Source: an uncultured Clostridia bacterium (GTDB lineage Bacteria > Bacillota > Clostridia > Christensenellales > UBA1242). From it: DNA of 64,000 nucleotides. Of this stretch, positions 8,623 to 18,303 are shown piece by piece. Every line of letters starts with the position of its first letter. Position 1 is the first letter of the stretch. The position numbers and the translations under genes were made by a program. Below the pieces are notes generated by a model, which saw only the letters and a list, made by a program, of their open reading frames with translations, was not told the DNA's origin and ran no database searches. Location: NCBI GenBank assembly GCA_944362545.1, contig CALVTJ010000002.1:36134-100133 (forward strand). Direction: 5' to 3'.

Positions 8623-10743
8623 ATGGCAGAGAAAAGCAAGAAAATTTTTAACGCGCGACCACTTTTTTATGGCTTTTTGGCCTTGTTGTTGGCAATTTCA
8701 ACTTCAAGGTATGTTTTTGCCGGAGATGTCAAATATATCATCTTTGATTGTGTGATTTTTCTCGCATTTGCTGTTTTTTGCATTTGGGCAAAAAATTTCA
8801 AAACCTTGATTGCCATCATTTGTGTTTTAGCCTTTGGTTTTGGTTGGTTTTTTGTTGGGCAAGCAAACTTTTTAGGCAAGGTCTATGAAGGAACTTGTCA
8901 GGTTGTTGGAAGGATTTCTGACAATGTCAATTTTTCTTCTTATGGAAACAGTGCAGATGTTGTTTTGAAAGATGTCTATATAAATGGGAAGAAAGAGAAA
9001 AACATAGCACTTAAAATTTACATAGACAGCACGGATGATTTTGAAATTGGAGACATTATTGCATTTGAAGCGGAAGTTGACAGAGTGTCACTTTTCACAC
9101 TCGGTGATTTTAACAGTTTTTATTTTCGCGATGACACGCCTTACACAAGTTCTGTGTCGGCGGATGACTTTTTTGTGCAAGGAAATAGTTTAAACTTTGA
9201 TGAACGTTTCAGATTGCAGGTTAAAGATTTGCTTTATCAAAATATGGATGAAGACAGCGGGGCAGTGGCTTTTGCTCTGCTTTTTGGTGACAGAATCGAA
9301 GTGGATGATGACATCTATGATGCTTACAAAACCTCAGGCATTGTGCATGTGTTGACTGTTTCTGGACTTCATGTCAGTTTTTTGTTTGGACTTTTAGGCT
9401 TTTTCATGAAAAAGTTGAAAGTAAGGGGCATTTACAACTTTTTGATTTGTGCTGTATGTTTGATTTTTTATACATGGCTGTGCGGTTTTGTGTCAACAAT
9501 GGTCAGGTCTGGTATTATGGGACTTGTGCTTTTGGGTGCAAAACTTTCGGGTAAATGTTATGACAATTTAAATTCTCTTGGTTTGGCAGGGATTTTGATT
9601 TTACTTTTTTCACCACTTTCTGCACTCGATTTGAGTTTTTTGATGAGTTTCTTTTGCATGATAGGTATTTTTGTCATTTCTCCATATCTTTCAAAATTGT
9701 TTAGAAAGGCATTGCCAAAAGCGGTGGCAGATTCAATCGCAGTTTCAATTTCTGCTGAAATCGGAATTTTACCATTTGTTGCCAGCATTTATGCGGGTGT
9801 TAATTTTCTCTCATTTTTTGTTAATTTGATTGTTATTCCTATCTTTTCAATTATATATCCGATTTTGTTTGTTGGGATGTTTTTAGTTATGCTCATGCCA
9901 TTTCTGGGGTTTGTGTTCACGGTTTGTGGATGGGGATTGAATTTTGTTGCACAAATTGCAAGTTTCTTTGCAGATGCAACCTTTGTTCTAAATGCTGAAC
10001 CTCTTGACATCTTTTTGGTGACGCTCATGTTTGTACTCTTCTTTTTGTGTAGCAGATTTTTTATGACAAGCAAAAAGACCAAAACTGTGTGCTGTTGTTG
10101 CATTTTGGTGCTTGGTGGAGTGTTGGGATGTGTAAACTTGATTCCGCAAGATGTTTCTGCTTGTGTGTCTTATGGATACAATTATTCTGCACCAATTGTG
10201 ATGCTAACAAATGACAGTGGAAAGAGTGTGATTGTGGATATCGGCTATTATTCTTACACAAAAAATATGATGCGTGCATCAAAAATTGATGCATGTGACA
10301 CAATTTTTGTGCTACAAAGGTCAAATGTGTCTGTTGACACGGCGCGCGAAATTGGTGTGGAAAATATCATAAGATGTGATGCCGGACAAGGATTGGATGA
10401 AGATGTGGTGGTCAACTTCGACCAAATAGGATTGGTCGATGGTTTTTCTTTTGTTTATCGGTCTTATAATGACAGGCTTATTGGCCTAGAAATTGGTTTT
10501 GATGATATAAATGTTTTTATTTTGAGAGATCTAAATCAAACGGATGAGGCACTAGATTTTGTTGCAAATGAAAATTATGATATAGTTATTCTTGGAAAAC
10601 ATGATGAGTATGCAGACCACTTTTCCGGGTCACAGATATTGACTTTTTATGAAAATCCGCTTGCGGAAACAAGTTTTGCAAACAATGGTAATATTTATTG
10701 CAATTTAGGTGATAAAAAATTTGATTGGAGGTGTTTAGATTGA
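8623..10743 (+). CDS. comEC: DNA internalisation competence protein ComEC/Rec2 with a degenerate C-terminal metallo-beta-lactamase domain
   Basis: Polytopic membrane protein with the competence-domain signature YKTSGIVHVLTVSGLHVSFL. The C-terminal domain starts VIVDIGY but has no HxHxDH motif. Confidence 0.9.
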   Translation: MAEKSKKIFNARPLFYGFLALLLAISTSRYVFAGDVKYIIFDCVIFLAFAVFCIWAKNFKTLIAIICVLAFGFGWFFVGQANFLGKVYEGTCQVVGRISDNVNFSSYGNSADVVLKDVYINGKKEKNIALKIYIDSTDDFEIGDIIAFEAEVDRVSLFTLGDFNSFYFRDDTPYTSSVSADDFFVQGNSLNFDERFRLQVKDLLYQNMDEDSGAVAFALLFGDRIEVDDDIYDAYKTSGIVHVLTVSGLHVSFLFGLLGFFMKKLKVRGIYNFLICAVCLIFYTWLCGFVSTMVRSGIMGLVLLGAKLSGKCYDNLNSLGLAGILILLFSPLSALDLSFLMSFFCMIGIFVISPYLSKLFRKALPKAVADSIAVSISAEIGILPFVASIYAGVNFLSFFVNLIVIPIFSIIYPILFVGMFLVMLMPFLGFVFTVCGWGLNFVAQIASFFADATFVLNAEPLDIFLVTLMFVLFFLCSRFFMTSKKTKTVCCCCILVLGGVLGCVNLIPQDVSACVSYGYNYSAPIVMLTNDSGKSVIVDIGYYSYTKNMMRASKIDACDTIFVLQRSNVSVDTAREIGVENIIRCDAGQGLDEDVVVNFDQIGLVDGFSFVYRSYNDRLIGLEIGFDDINVFILRDLNQTDEALDFVANENYDIVILGKHDEYADHFSGSQILTFYENPLAETSFANNGNIYCNLGDKKFDWRCLD

Positions 10744-11672
10744 AAACATTAAAGGCAAGATTGAAAAAAAAGATTGAAGCAAGTTATCTTATTCAAGGAG
10801 AAGACATACTTTTGTATGACAAAGCGCTTGAAATGATAAAAAAAGCTGTAAATTTGCAACTTGAAGATTTCAACTTCATCGTTTTTGATGATGAATCTTT
10901 TGATGGTGATGCGGTTATTGACAGTTGCCAAACATTGCCAATGGGAAGTGACTACAAGATAGTCCTGCTCAAAAACATTGTGAAAGTGCCGGAAAATTTC
11001 AAGAAAAAACTACGTGATTATCTCAAAAATCCGGTGGAAAGCACAGTGCTTGTCATCTTTGACTTTTTCAATAAGTTTGATTTTATCATCAGCGAAAAGA
11101 TCAGTGCAAAGCGTTTGGATGATGCGAGTTTGAAGGAAATCATTATTGATGAACTTCAAAAGCATGGAAAAATCATAAAAAATGATGCCTGTCAACAACT
11201 TATCGAATCGTGTTGTAATTATTATTCTCTCATCAAAAATGAACTTGAAAAATTGGACTCTTGTGATGATGTTGAAATCACCACAAAAACGGTGGACAGT
11301 CTTGTGAGCAAAGAAACAGAGTTTACGGTTTTTGAACTTACGGATGCGCTTTCAAGGCGTGATGGTGACAAGGCGGTGTCACTTTTAAATCTTATGGACA
11401 AAGACACAAAGACCTTTTCACTTATTCTAAATCATTTTAGAAGATTGTTTTTTGTCGCCATTTCAGGACTATCTGATCAAGAACTTTCCGAACTCCTTTC
11501 AGTCAAAGAGTATGCCATTGTTAAAGCAAGAACACTTGCCAAAAACTTTTCAAAAATCCAACTCAAAAACATCTATGAAATGCTTAATGATGTGGATTTT
11601 TACATCAAAAATGGGCAAATGCAGATAGAAAATGCGCTATATTATTTGATTTTTGGTATTCTTTATTGTTAA
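10740..11672 (+). CDS. holA: DNA polymerase III delta subunit
   Basis: Lies immediately after comEC (conserved comEC-holA synteny). N-terminus SYLIQGEDILLYDKALEMIKKA. GGAGG at 10727-10731 favours the TTG at 10740, which overlaps the comEC stop. Confidence 0.75.
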   Translation: MKTLKARLKKKIEASYLIQGEDILLYDKALEMIKKAVNLQLEDFNFIVFDDESFDGDAVIDSCQTLPMGSDYKIVLLKNIVKVPENFKKKLRDYLKNPVESTVLVIFDFFNKFDFIISEKISAKRLDDASLKEIIIDELQKHGKIIKNDACQQLIESCCNYYSLIKNELEKLDSCDDVEITTKTVDSLVSKETEFTVFELTDALSRRDGDKAVSLLNLMDKDTKTFSLILNHFRRLFFVAISGLSDQELSELLSVKEYAIVKARTLAKNFSKIQLKNIYEMLNDVDFYIKNGQMQIENALYYLIFGILYC

Positions 11673-11772
11673 TATAATTATATGTATGGGCAAAAAGAAA
11701 AAGCATGATTGATAAAAGATAAAGTTATAGAAAATATTAAAAAGACAGATTGTGTCAAAAGGATGAAGAATT

Positions 11773-12369
11773 ATGGATTTGGATGAATTGAAACAAGAAT
11801 TTTTGGAAATTTATTATGACAACATCGAACGCGATGGAGCGGAAGCACTGTTAAATTATCTTGAAAAGACAGATTTCTTCACAGCACCAGCATCAGGCAG
11901 AAGACATTCCAATTTTGAGGGTGGGTTATGTTTGCACAGCATAAATGTCTATAAACGCTATCTCAAACTTTTGCAAAATGAGTATGGCGACAAGTGGCAG
12001 GAAGTGATTTCGCCGGAAAGTGTGGCAATTATTGGACTTTTGCATGACATTTGCAAGGTTAACACCTATACCGTTGAAATGAGAAATGTCAAAGTGAATG
12101 GAGAATGGATTCAAAAACCATATTACAAGTATGCCGACACTCTGCCCTATGGACATGGAGAAAAGTCAGTTTACATGATTTCTGGATTCATGAAACTGAC
12201 AAGAGAAGAAGCAATGGCAATAAATTGGCACATGGGGGCATTTGATGCACGCGTGCGAGAAAATTCAAACATTTTGGGAGAAGTTTTCTACCGTTATCCA
12301 ACAGCGTTTTTGTTTCATTTAGCAGACTATATGGCTACATATCTTGATGAAAAGCCCGTTGAAGATTGA
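11773..12369 (+). CDS. HD-domain metal-dependent phosphohydrolase
   Basis: H...HD pattern (GLCLHSINV ... IGLLHDICK) plus downstream YGHGEKS and NWHMGAFD. Confidence 0.7.
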   Translation: MDLDELKQEFLEIYYDNIERDGAEALLNYLEKTDFFTAPASGRRHSNFEGGLCLHSINVYKRYLKLLQNEYGDKWQEVISPESVAIIGLLHDICKVNTYTVEMRNVKVNGEWIQKPYYKYADTLPYGHGEKSVYMISGFMKLTREEAMAINWHMGAFDARVRENSNILGEVFYRYPTAFLFHLADYMATYLDEKPVED

Positions 12370-12385
12370 AAAATTGTCAAAAAAA

Positions 12386-12406
12386 ACCGCAAAATGCGCG
12401 GTTTTT
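12386..12406 (+). terminator. Intrinsic terminator after the HD gene
   Basis: accgc-aaaatgc-gcggt followed by TTTTT. The stem is short. Confidence 0.45.
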
Positions 12407-12521
12407 GTGCATATATAATGTATTATCGACATAGATTGCATAAAAAACATGAAAGTTTTGGTGTTTGTTATTTTTCTATCATAAAAAATTGCAGAAATGT
12501 TTATTTTTTGAGAAATGGGTA

Positions 12522-12550
12522 TTGACAGTTTGTGCATTTTGTTTTATAAT
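12522..12550 (+). promoter_or_regulatory. Consensus sigma-A promoter of the 803-aa gene
   Basis: TTGACA (12522-12527), 17-nt spacer, TATAAT (12545-12550). Confidence 0.7.
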
Positions 12551-12578
12551 GTAAGCAAGAAAAACGGAGGTGTTTATC

Positions 12579-14990
12579 ATGGATGTTAAAACACAAGGAA
12601 GAAAAATAGGGAAAAAAGCTTTTCAAGATATGTGGAAAAAGGCTCCTGCATTTTCTGTTGACAAAAAGACAGGACTTGGGCTTGGAAAGGTTGAAGTTTT
12701 AAACAGCAGAGGTTCGAGAAGCAGATTTTTGTTCGTAAAAGATGATTCTACTGGTGCTGTTTGTTGTTATCGACAATCCCTTTATAATGAAAAGTGGAAT
12801 GAAAAAGCAATTCCAAATGCATATTTTGTAAGGAAAGTGGCTGTTGACAGCAAAGAAAATGTCTTCAAAACTTACAATTCAGCTTCCAATGTTTCAGAGA
12901 CAGTGACAAATCTTCTTTCTGACACACAAGGAACGGCTGTTAAGGATGCACTTACTGTAATGAGTGACAACAGCAAGAACAATGGCTTTGAAGAGATTTA
13001 CGAAGCCATTAAGGAACAATTTTCTAAAGAGCGTGTTGGGAATACAGAAATAAGAGATGATTATATTCCAAACTTTTCGTTGGTTCAGCCAATAACTTCT
13101 AGCGAGAAAGGGAAAAAGAGTACCGCAATAATTCTTGTTGACAATACAGGGGTGGACATCCAAGATTCAGCCAGAGTTCATTTGGTTGCTGTAAAACAAA
13201 AAGGAAAACATGATCATGACTATCAATGGTTGGTGGTTGGGCCTCATCCAAATAAGAAAAAAGAAAGAGAAGGGATTTCTTCACTTTACTTATTGGATGA
13301 CTTGAAAGATAAAAAAGGAAATGATATCAATATCAATAGTTCTGAAGAACTTTTGAAAAATGGTGCTTTTGTTGTTGGAAAAGTTCGTTATGACAAAGAG
13401 AACGAAGTTTCTATCAAATATTACAAGGATGCAAAAGCAAAGAGTGCAAATAAGCAGGTCTCTGCAGTTGATGTGACAGGAGATTTGAAAGCTTGGGAGC
13501 AGAACACTCTCAGCGTATATAGCAGATTTGATAGACCGGCAAGCGAAAAGGTTAAAGAAACAAGACCAACACTTAAATCTCAAAAAGCCTTGAAAATATC
13601 TGCTGTTGCTGCAGTTGCACTTGCTGCTGTTTTAACAGCGGGACACTTTACAGCAAATGCGATTATTGATAATCAAAGAGAAACAGAGACTTTGTATAAT
13701 CAGAATTATGATGAAGCATATGCAAGTGTGCCTGATGAAAGTGCATTGGCAAGAGAGTTTGGTGCTAGCCAAATGCAAGACAGAATTGGCGGTGTCAGTG
13801 GATCATTGTTAAATTATGAAAATTCTGGTCTTGGTGTGACTGCAACTGCTGGCAATATAACAAATGTTGTAAACACGCCTGTTGATTTTTATACACAACA
13901 AGAACTTGTAAAATTTGATGGCGAATGGATTGGGCAAGATAAATATGACTATGCAACAGACACCGTTGAAGGTGCTTTTGAAGAGCTTGGAAAAACTATT
14001 GCTAATGAAGTTAGTCAAAATGGAATTCATGTGGGAGTGAGAGAGGATAATTCATCTTCTATTTCAGTGAATTACATTTATGGTGCAGTTGATGCCCTTG
14101 CTCCAAGTGATGCTCTTGAAAGTTCGGATGCTATGGAAGAGTATTTGACAACAGTTTATGGAGACAGCAATCTTGCTGCCGCTGCAGTTGGCGCTTATGA
14201 AAAGGGGTATGAGTCCGCTGTCAAAGAGATGGTGGCAAATCCTGATCACAATGATGACCTCATCATAAATGAAGGAGATATTCCTGTTGTTGATTACACA
14301 AGTGAAGATCTTCACACTGCGGCTGCTGCTACAGTTGCATCTTTGACAAAGAGTGGAAAAAATTATGATGCTGATGAAATCAACATTGCTTATGCTTCAT
14401 ATGAAGACCAAGTTGTTTTTGCAAACACCACAGATGGTGACTACCTCTATCAAATTGATTTGACAAATGGAGGAAGAGACAATTCTGTTATCGAGTCAAC
14501 ACAAGATATGATTGACAAACTTGAGAATGCAGACAACTGCAAAGAATCAATCCATCTTGACACATTGCTTTCACAGTTGGACTATGCAGATATAGCGATA
14601 GACAAAACAGTAGCTGAGTATGAACGCCAAAATGGTGTGTCGGGAACAGCCATTTATGTGGCTGACTATAACTCTCTTCAACAGAATCCAGACAAGAAAA
14701 CAGAATTTAGACTGGCACCAAAAATTACTTATGTAAGTGATAATGGCGCAAGAATGGAAACTAGAGATTCAACAGTTGTGACAGTAAAACAGGCAGATAG
14801 ACCTCAATCAAATTGTGCTGAAATGGTTGCAGTCTCTGTGTTCGGAGATGCTGTTGCAGGAAGATATACAATATATGGAAGAATTAAAACAGAACCAAAT
14901 GCTGTTGTATATGAAAATAACGATTTGACAGTTGCAGCGCCAGAGACTACGCAAACTTATCAAAACACAAAGGATGACAGAAGTTTGTAA
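12579..14990 (+). CDS. Large bitopic membrane protein, unknown function (803 aa)
   Basis: GGAGG lies 8 nt before the ATG at 12579. A single central TM helix (ALKISAVAAVALAAVLTAGHF) separates two domains of about 340 and 440 aa. No recognisable motif. Confidence 0.6.
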   Translation: MDVKTQGRKIGKKAFQDMWKKAPAFSVDKKTGLGLGKVEVLNSRGSRSRFLFVKDDSTGAVCCYRQSLYNEKWNEKAIPNAYFVRKVAVDSKENVFKTYNSASNVSETVTNLLSDTQGTAVKDALTVMSDNSKNNGFEEIYEAIKEQFSKERVGNTEIRDDYIPNFSLVQPITSSEKGKKSTAIILVDNTGVDIQDSARVHLVAVKQKGKHDHDYQWLVVGPHPNKKKEREGISSLYLLDDLKDKKGNDININSSEELLKNGAFVVGKVRYDKENEVSIKYYKDAKAKSANKQVSAVDVTGDLKAWEQNTLSVYSRFDRPASEKVKETRPTLKSQKALKISAVAAVALAAVLTAGHFTANAIIDNQRETETLYNQNYDEAYASVPDESALAREFGASQMQDRIGGVSGSLLNYENSGLGVTATAGNITNVVNTPVDFYTQQELVKFDGEWIGQDKYDYATDTVEGAFEELGKTIANEVSQNGIHVGVREDNSSSISVNYIYGAVDALAPSDALESSDAMEEYLTTVYGDSNLAAAAVGAYEKGYESAVKEMVANPDHNDDLIINEGDIPVVDYTSEDLHTAAAATVASLTKSGKNYDADEINIAYASYEDQVVFANTTDGDYLYQIDLTNGGRDNSVIESTQDMIDKLENADNCKESIHLDTLLSQLDYADIAIDKTVAEYERQNGVSGTAIYVADYNSLQQNPDKKTEFRLAPKITYVSDNGARMETRDSTVVTVKQADRPQSNCAEMVAVSVFGDAVAGRYTIYGRIKTEPNAVVYENNDLTVAAPETTQTYQNTKDDRSL

Positions 14991-15017
14991 GGAGTAATCT
15001 AAAAAATAAAGAAAAGG

Positions 15018-15043
15018 CAGACAAAATGTCTGTCTTTTTTTTG
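15018..15043 (+). terminator. Intrinsic terminator after the 803-aa gene
   Basis: cagaca-aaa-tgtctg hairpin followed by tcTTTTTTTT. Confidence 0.6.
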
Positions 15044-15105
15044 TTTAAAACCGATATATTTATAAAGATATAGAATCTTTTTATTTTAAAATGAAATTTG
15101 TAGGG

Positions 15106-15579
15106 TTATTTTATATTTTTCAGCCAGTTTTCCAATACTTTTTTATTTGTCACCATTGTTTTGCCACTAAATTCGAGGTTAAGTCCTTCCTTGACAAGTG
15201 CATCTTTACAAATTTTGGCAAAATCTTTGAAAGTGTGTCCAATCCATCCACCATTTGTAGCAAACGGATAGATAGTTTTGCCTGACAAATTTACTGAACT
15301 TAAAAATGACTTCATGGCAGGAGCAAATGTGTACCACCAAACAGGTGTGCCAAGAATGATTGTGTCATATTTTGAAAAGTCGATGTTCAGTGGTTTGATT
15401 TTTGGCATAAATCCAGTATTGATTTCTTTTTGTCCTTGGTCCACAATGCTTTCATAACTGCCTTTGTATGGCTCGACTGTTTCAATTTCAAAAATATCTG
15501 CGTTGGTGTACTTGGAAATAAGTCGTGATATTTGTCTTGTGTTTCCTCCCAGCGAATAAAAAATTACTACTGCTTTCAT
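15106..15579 (-). CDS. Flavodoxin-family protein
   Basis: GGAGG precedes the ATG at 15579. MKAVVIFYSLGGNTRQISR (FMN phosphate loop) and ILGTPVWWYTFAPAM. Confidence 0.8.
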   Translation of the reverse strand: MKAVVIFYSLGGNTRQISRLISKYTNADIFEIETVEPYKGSYESIVDQGQKEINTGFMPKIKPLNIDFSKYDTIILGTPVWWYTFAPAMKSFLSSVNLSGKTIYPFATNGGWIGHTFKDFAKICKDALVKEGLNLEFSGKTMVTNKKVLENWLKNIK

Positions 15580-15664
15580 AAATTTATCCTCCAATTCAAT
15601 TATAGCCACATAAATGGACAAAATCAAATATCTCATGAGAATTTTGCCAAAAGATTTTTGCCTG

Positions 15665-16375
15665 TTATGAAATCTTTATTGTAAGTTCAGTGATGGTTTT
15701 GTTATCATATGATATGAAGACAACCCCATCTTCATAGGCAACCAACTCGTAAGACAAAGCCATTGGTACCTGTGAGATTGCAATTCTGCCGGATGTTAAA
15801 AATTTGCAATCATGCCAATAGCCAAAATCCGGTGATGACAAAGAGAATTTAGCAGTTTCTCCGGCATCTACTGTGATAATGTTTCCACTCACACTGCAGT
15901 TTTGGGCGTTTTTGATATCAACAGAGATATATCCATCATTTGGCAATGTAATGTCTGGTTCTTCTGGAGATGTGCCACTGTCATCAGGATGATCATTGTC
16001 TGGTTCGCTTGTTTCAGGAGGCAGGGGATTGGATGAGACAGTGACAGAATAGACTTTGCTTGCTGTGTCACTTTTATATCTTGCGGTGACAGTGAGTTGT
16101 GTTGAGCCAACGGACAGACCTATGATATTGCGACCGACAATGTTAGCCACTTTTTCATTGTTGATTTCAAAGGTGACAACAGCATAAGGATTTGACACTT
16201 GATATTCAAGGTCTTGTTCTTCGCCAACACCAACCGAGATATCATGAGAATAGACAGTCAAATCGACATTTTCTTCTTTTGAAGGAAGGAAGACATATAA
16301 CAAAATTCCAGCAATGACAGCCAGAACAAGCACACAAGGGCAGATATATTTTAACAAAACATCTTTAGTATTCAC
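15665..16375 (-). CDS. Membrane-anchored protein with a bacterial Ig-like (Big_2-type) domain
   Basis: N-terminal TM anchor. The stretch VGVGEEQDLEYQVSNP...GLSVGSTQLTVTARYKSDTASKVYSVTV resembles Big_2. A Pro/Asp/Glu-rich linker follows. Confidence 0.55.
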   Translation of the reverse strand: MNTKDVLLKYICPCVLVLAVIAGILLYVFLPSKEENVDLTVYSHDISVGVGEEQDLEYQVSNPYAVVTFEINNEKVANIVGRNIIGLSVGSTQLTVTARYKSDTASKVYSVTVSSNPLPPETSEPDNDHPDDSGTSPEEPDITLPNDGYISVDIKNAQNCSVSGNIITVDAGETAKFSLSSPDFGYWHDCKFLTSGRIAISQVPMALSYELVAYEDGVVFISYDNKTITELTIKIS

Positions 16376-16574
16376 AAAAAAATTATATCAAACCCTGTGC
16401 TCAAATTGCAAAGTATATGTTTATATTTTCCGATAATTTTTAATATTTGTCGTTTTTTTGCATAAAAATAGCACCAATATTAGTTGTGATTTGTCGCGGA
16501 TAGAGAAAAAACAAGCATCAAAGGAGTGTTTTGGTGCTTGCAACAAAACTGAGGCTAAGTGCAGTTTTTTCTCG

Positions 16575-16660
16575 TGGTGCAGAAGATGGGAGTTGAACCC
16601 ACAAGATGTTGCCATCACAGGTACCTGAAACCTGCGCGTCTGCCATTCCGCCACTTCTGC
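16575..16660 (-). tRNA. tRNA-Leu(CAG), CCA encoded
   Basis: Reverse complement GCAGAAGTGGCGGAATGGCAGACGCGCAGGTTTCAGGTACCTG...GGTTCAACTCCCATCTTCTGCACCA. Anticodon loop TTCAGGT, long variable arm. Confidence 0.9.
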
Positions 16661-16806
16661 GTGTTTTTATTATAATATCAATCCTTCTTTTTGTCAAGAA
16701 TTGACATTTTGTTGTGAAAAATTTTTATATATTTTGTTTATCTGAAAGTATATTTTTGACTTTGTCATGTTTTGTCTTTTCTTTGCTTTTGTGGAGGATT
16801 GTTTTG

Positions 16807-16815
16807 TGCTATAAT
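16807..16815 (+). promoter_or_regulatory. Extended -10 element (TGcTATAAT) 6 nt upstream of the rlmCD ATG
   Basis: TATAAT at 16810-16815 is preceded by TG at 16807-16808. The ATG at 16822 follows after gtttac with no SD, which suggests a leaderless mRNA. Confidence 0.45.
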
Positions 16816-16821
16816 GTTTAC

Positions 16822-18120
16822 ATGAACAAAGAAAACAAATGTGACAAGGAAATGGTTGAAACAAAAATATTTGACATATCATATGAGGGTGCGGGTGTAG
16901 GAAGAGTTAATGGGCAGATTATTTTTGTGCCAAAAACCTTAAAAGATGAGAATGTTAAGGCTGTTGTGACAAAGAGAAACAGCCATTTTCTGCAAGGGCG
17001 TTTATATGAAGTTTTGCAGGCAAGTCCGTTGCGCCAGATTCCATTTTGCCCTTATTTTGACAAATGTGGAGGGTGCGACTTTCAACACTGTTCATATCTT
17101 GTTGAACAGGACATAAAAAAAGAGATTTTGTCAGAAGAACTTGCAAAAATTGGTTTTTATGGAAAGATTGATTTTCAACCAAGTGATGAGAGAAAACATT
17201 ACAGAAACAAAATTAAGATGGAAGTAAAAAACAATAGAATTGGGTTTTTCAAAGCAAAATCTCATGATTTTTTTGAGATTGAAACTTGTCCTATTGCAAG
17301 TGAAAAAATCAATGCTGTTTTGCCACTTGTAAAGGTATTTTTGAAAGAAAACAATTTCAATCATATCAAGAGTATTTATGTCAAGCAAGTGAAGGACAGG
17401 TTGGCAATTTGCTTTCTTTTTGAGGATTTTTGTGAGAGAGACCAGAAAAGAATGATAAAATCCTCAAAATTGTTGGATGTTTTCCAAGATATATCCATCT
17501 ATTTTGGCTTTGGCGATGTGCTTGAAAGTGACAAAACAAAATTGATTTGTGTGTCAAAAGGTCAAGGTTTGGTCTTTAATTTCAAAGGAAAAACGTTTGA
17601 TTTGAATGTGTCGGCGTTTAATCAAGTCAATGATGTTGTGGCGGAAAAACTTTATCAATATGTTGTAGATCATGTGAATGGCAAGCGTGTGATAAATGCG
17701 TACTCTGGACAGGGGCTTTTGACTTTGATGTTGGCAGAAAAGGCTAAATTTGTTTACGGTATTGAATGGCAGAGAAGCGCACATGAGTCAGCAGAGAGAT
17801 TGAAAGATTTTTTGGAAGAATATCGCCTTGAAAACATCTGTGGGCGTGTGGAAGATGAGATAGGAAGTGTTCTGCTTCGAGATAACATTGATAGCATTGT
17901 GCTTGACCCTGCAAGAGAAGGGTGCAAAAATGAAGTTTTGAAGGCAATTTGTGATGGAAAAATCGGTCAGGTGATTTATATTTCGTGCAATTTTTCCACT
18001 CTTGTGCGTGATGCGAAAAATTTGCAGGGAGATTTTGAAATTGAAAGTGTAAAAATCTTTGATATGTTCCCTTGCACAGCAAACATGGAAACTGTGATGA
18101 TTTTAAGAAGAAAAGGATGA
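16822..18120 (+). CDS. rlmCD: 23S rRNA (uracil-C5)-methyltransferase, RumA/RlmCD family (TRAM + 4Fe-4S + SAM MTase)
   Basis: TRAM-like N-terminus, Cys cluster CPYFDKCGGCDFQHC, SAM fold YSGQGLLTLMLA, C-terminal FDMFPCTANMETV. The start at 16822 is my choice; the tracked ORF starts at 16714. Confidence 0.85.
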   Translation: MNKENKCDKEMVETKIFDISYEGAGVGRVNGQIIFVPKTLKDENVKAVVTKRNSHFLQGRLYEVLQASPLRQIPFCPYFDKCGGCDFQHCSYLVEQDIKKEILSEELAKIGFYGKIDFQPSDERKHYRNKIKMEVKNNRIGFFKAKSHDFFEIETCPIASEKINAVLPLVKVFLKENNFNHIKSIYVKQVKDRLAICFLFEDFCERDQKRMIKSSKLLDVFQDISIYFGFGDVLESDKTKLICVSKGQGLVFNFKGKTFDLNVSAFNQVNDVVAEKLYQYVVDHVNGKRVINAYSGQGLLTLMLAEKAKFVYGIEWQRSAHESAERLKDFLEEYRLENICGRVEDEIGSVLLRDNIDSIVLDPAREGCKNEVLKAICDGKIGQVIYISCNFSTLVRDAKNLQGDFEIESVKIFDMFPCTANMETVMILRRKG

Positions 18121-18199
18121 AACTTTTCTTCTTTTTTTTGCGCGGTTTTATTGTCAAATTTTGTCGCATATAATTACTTAAAAAAATTTAAGTATTTGT

Positions 18200-18228
18200 T
18201 TGACAACATTTTGGCAGTGTGATATCAT
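18200..18228 (+). promoter_or_regulatory. Sigma-A promoter of the 313-aa / 1494-aa operon
   Basis: TTGACA (18200-18205), 17-nt spacer, TATCAT (18223-18228) preceded by TG. Confidence 0.6.
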
Positions 18229-18303
18229 ATATATTGTAATCACTTACATCTTGTTTTTTACGCTAATGAAGATTATAAAAATTATGGTTTGTGGGAGTTG
18301 TCA

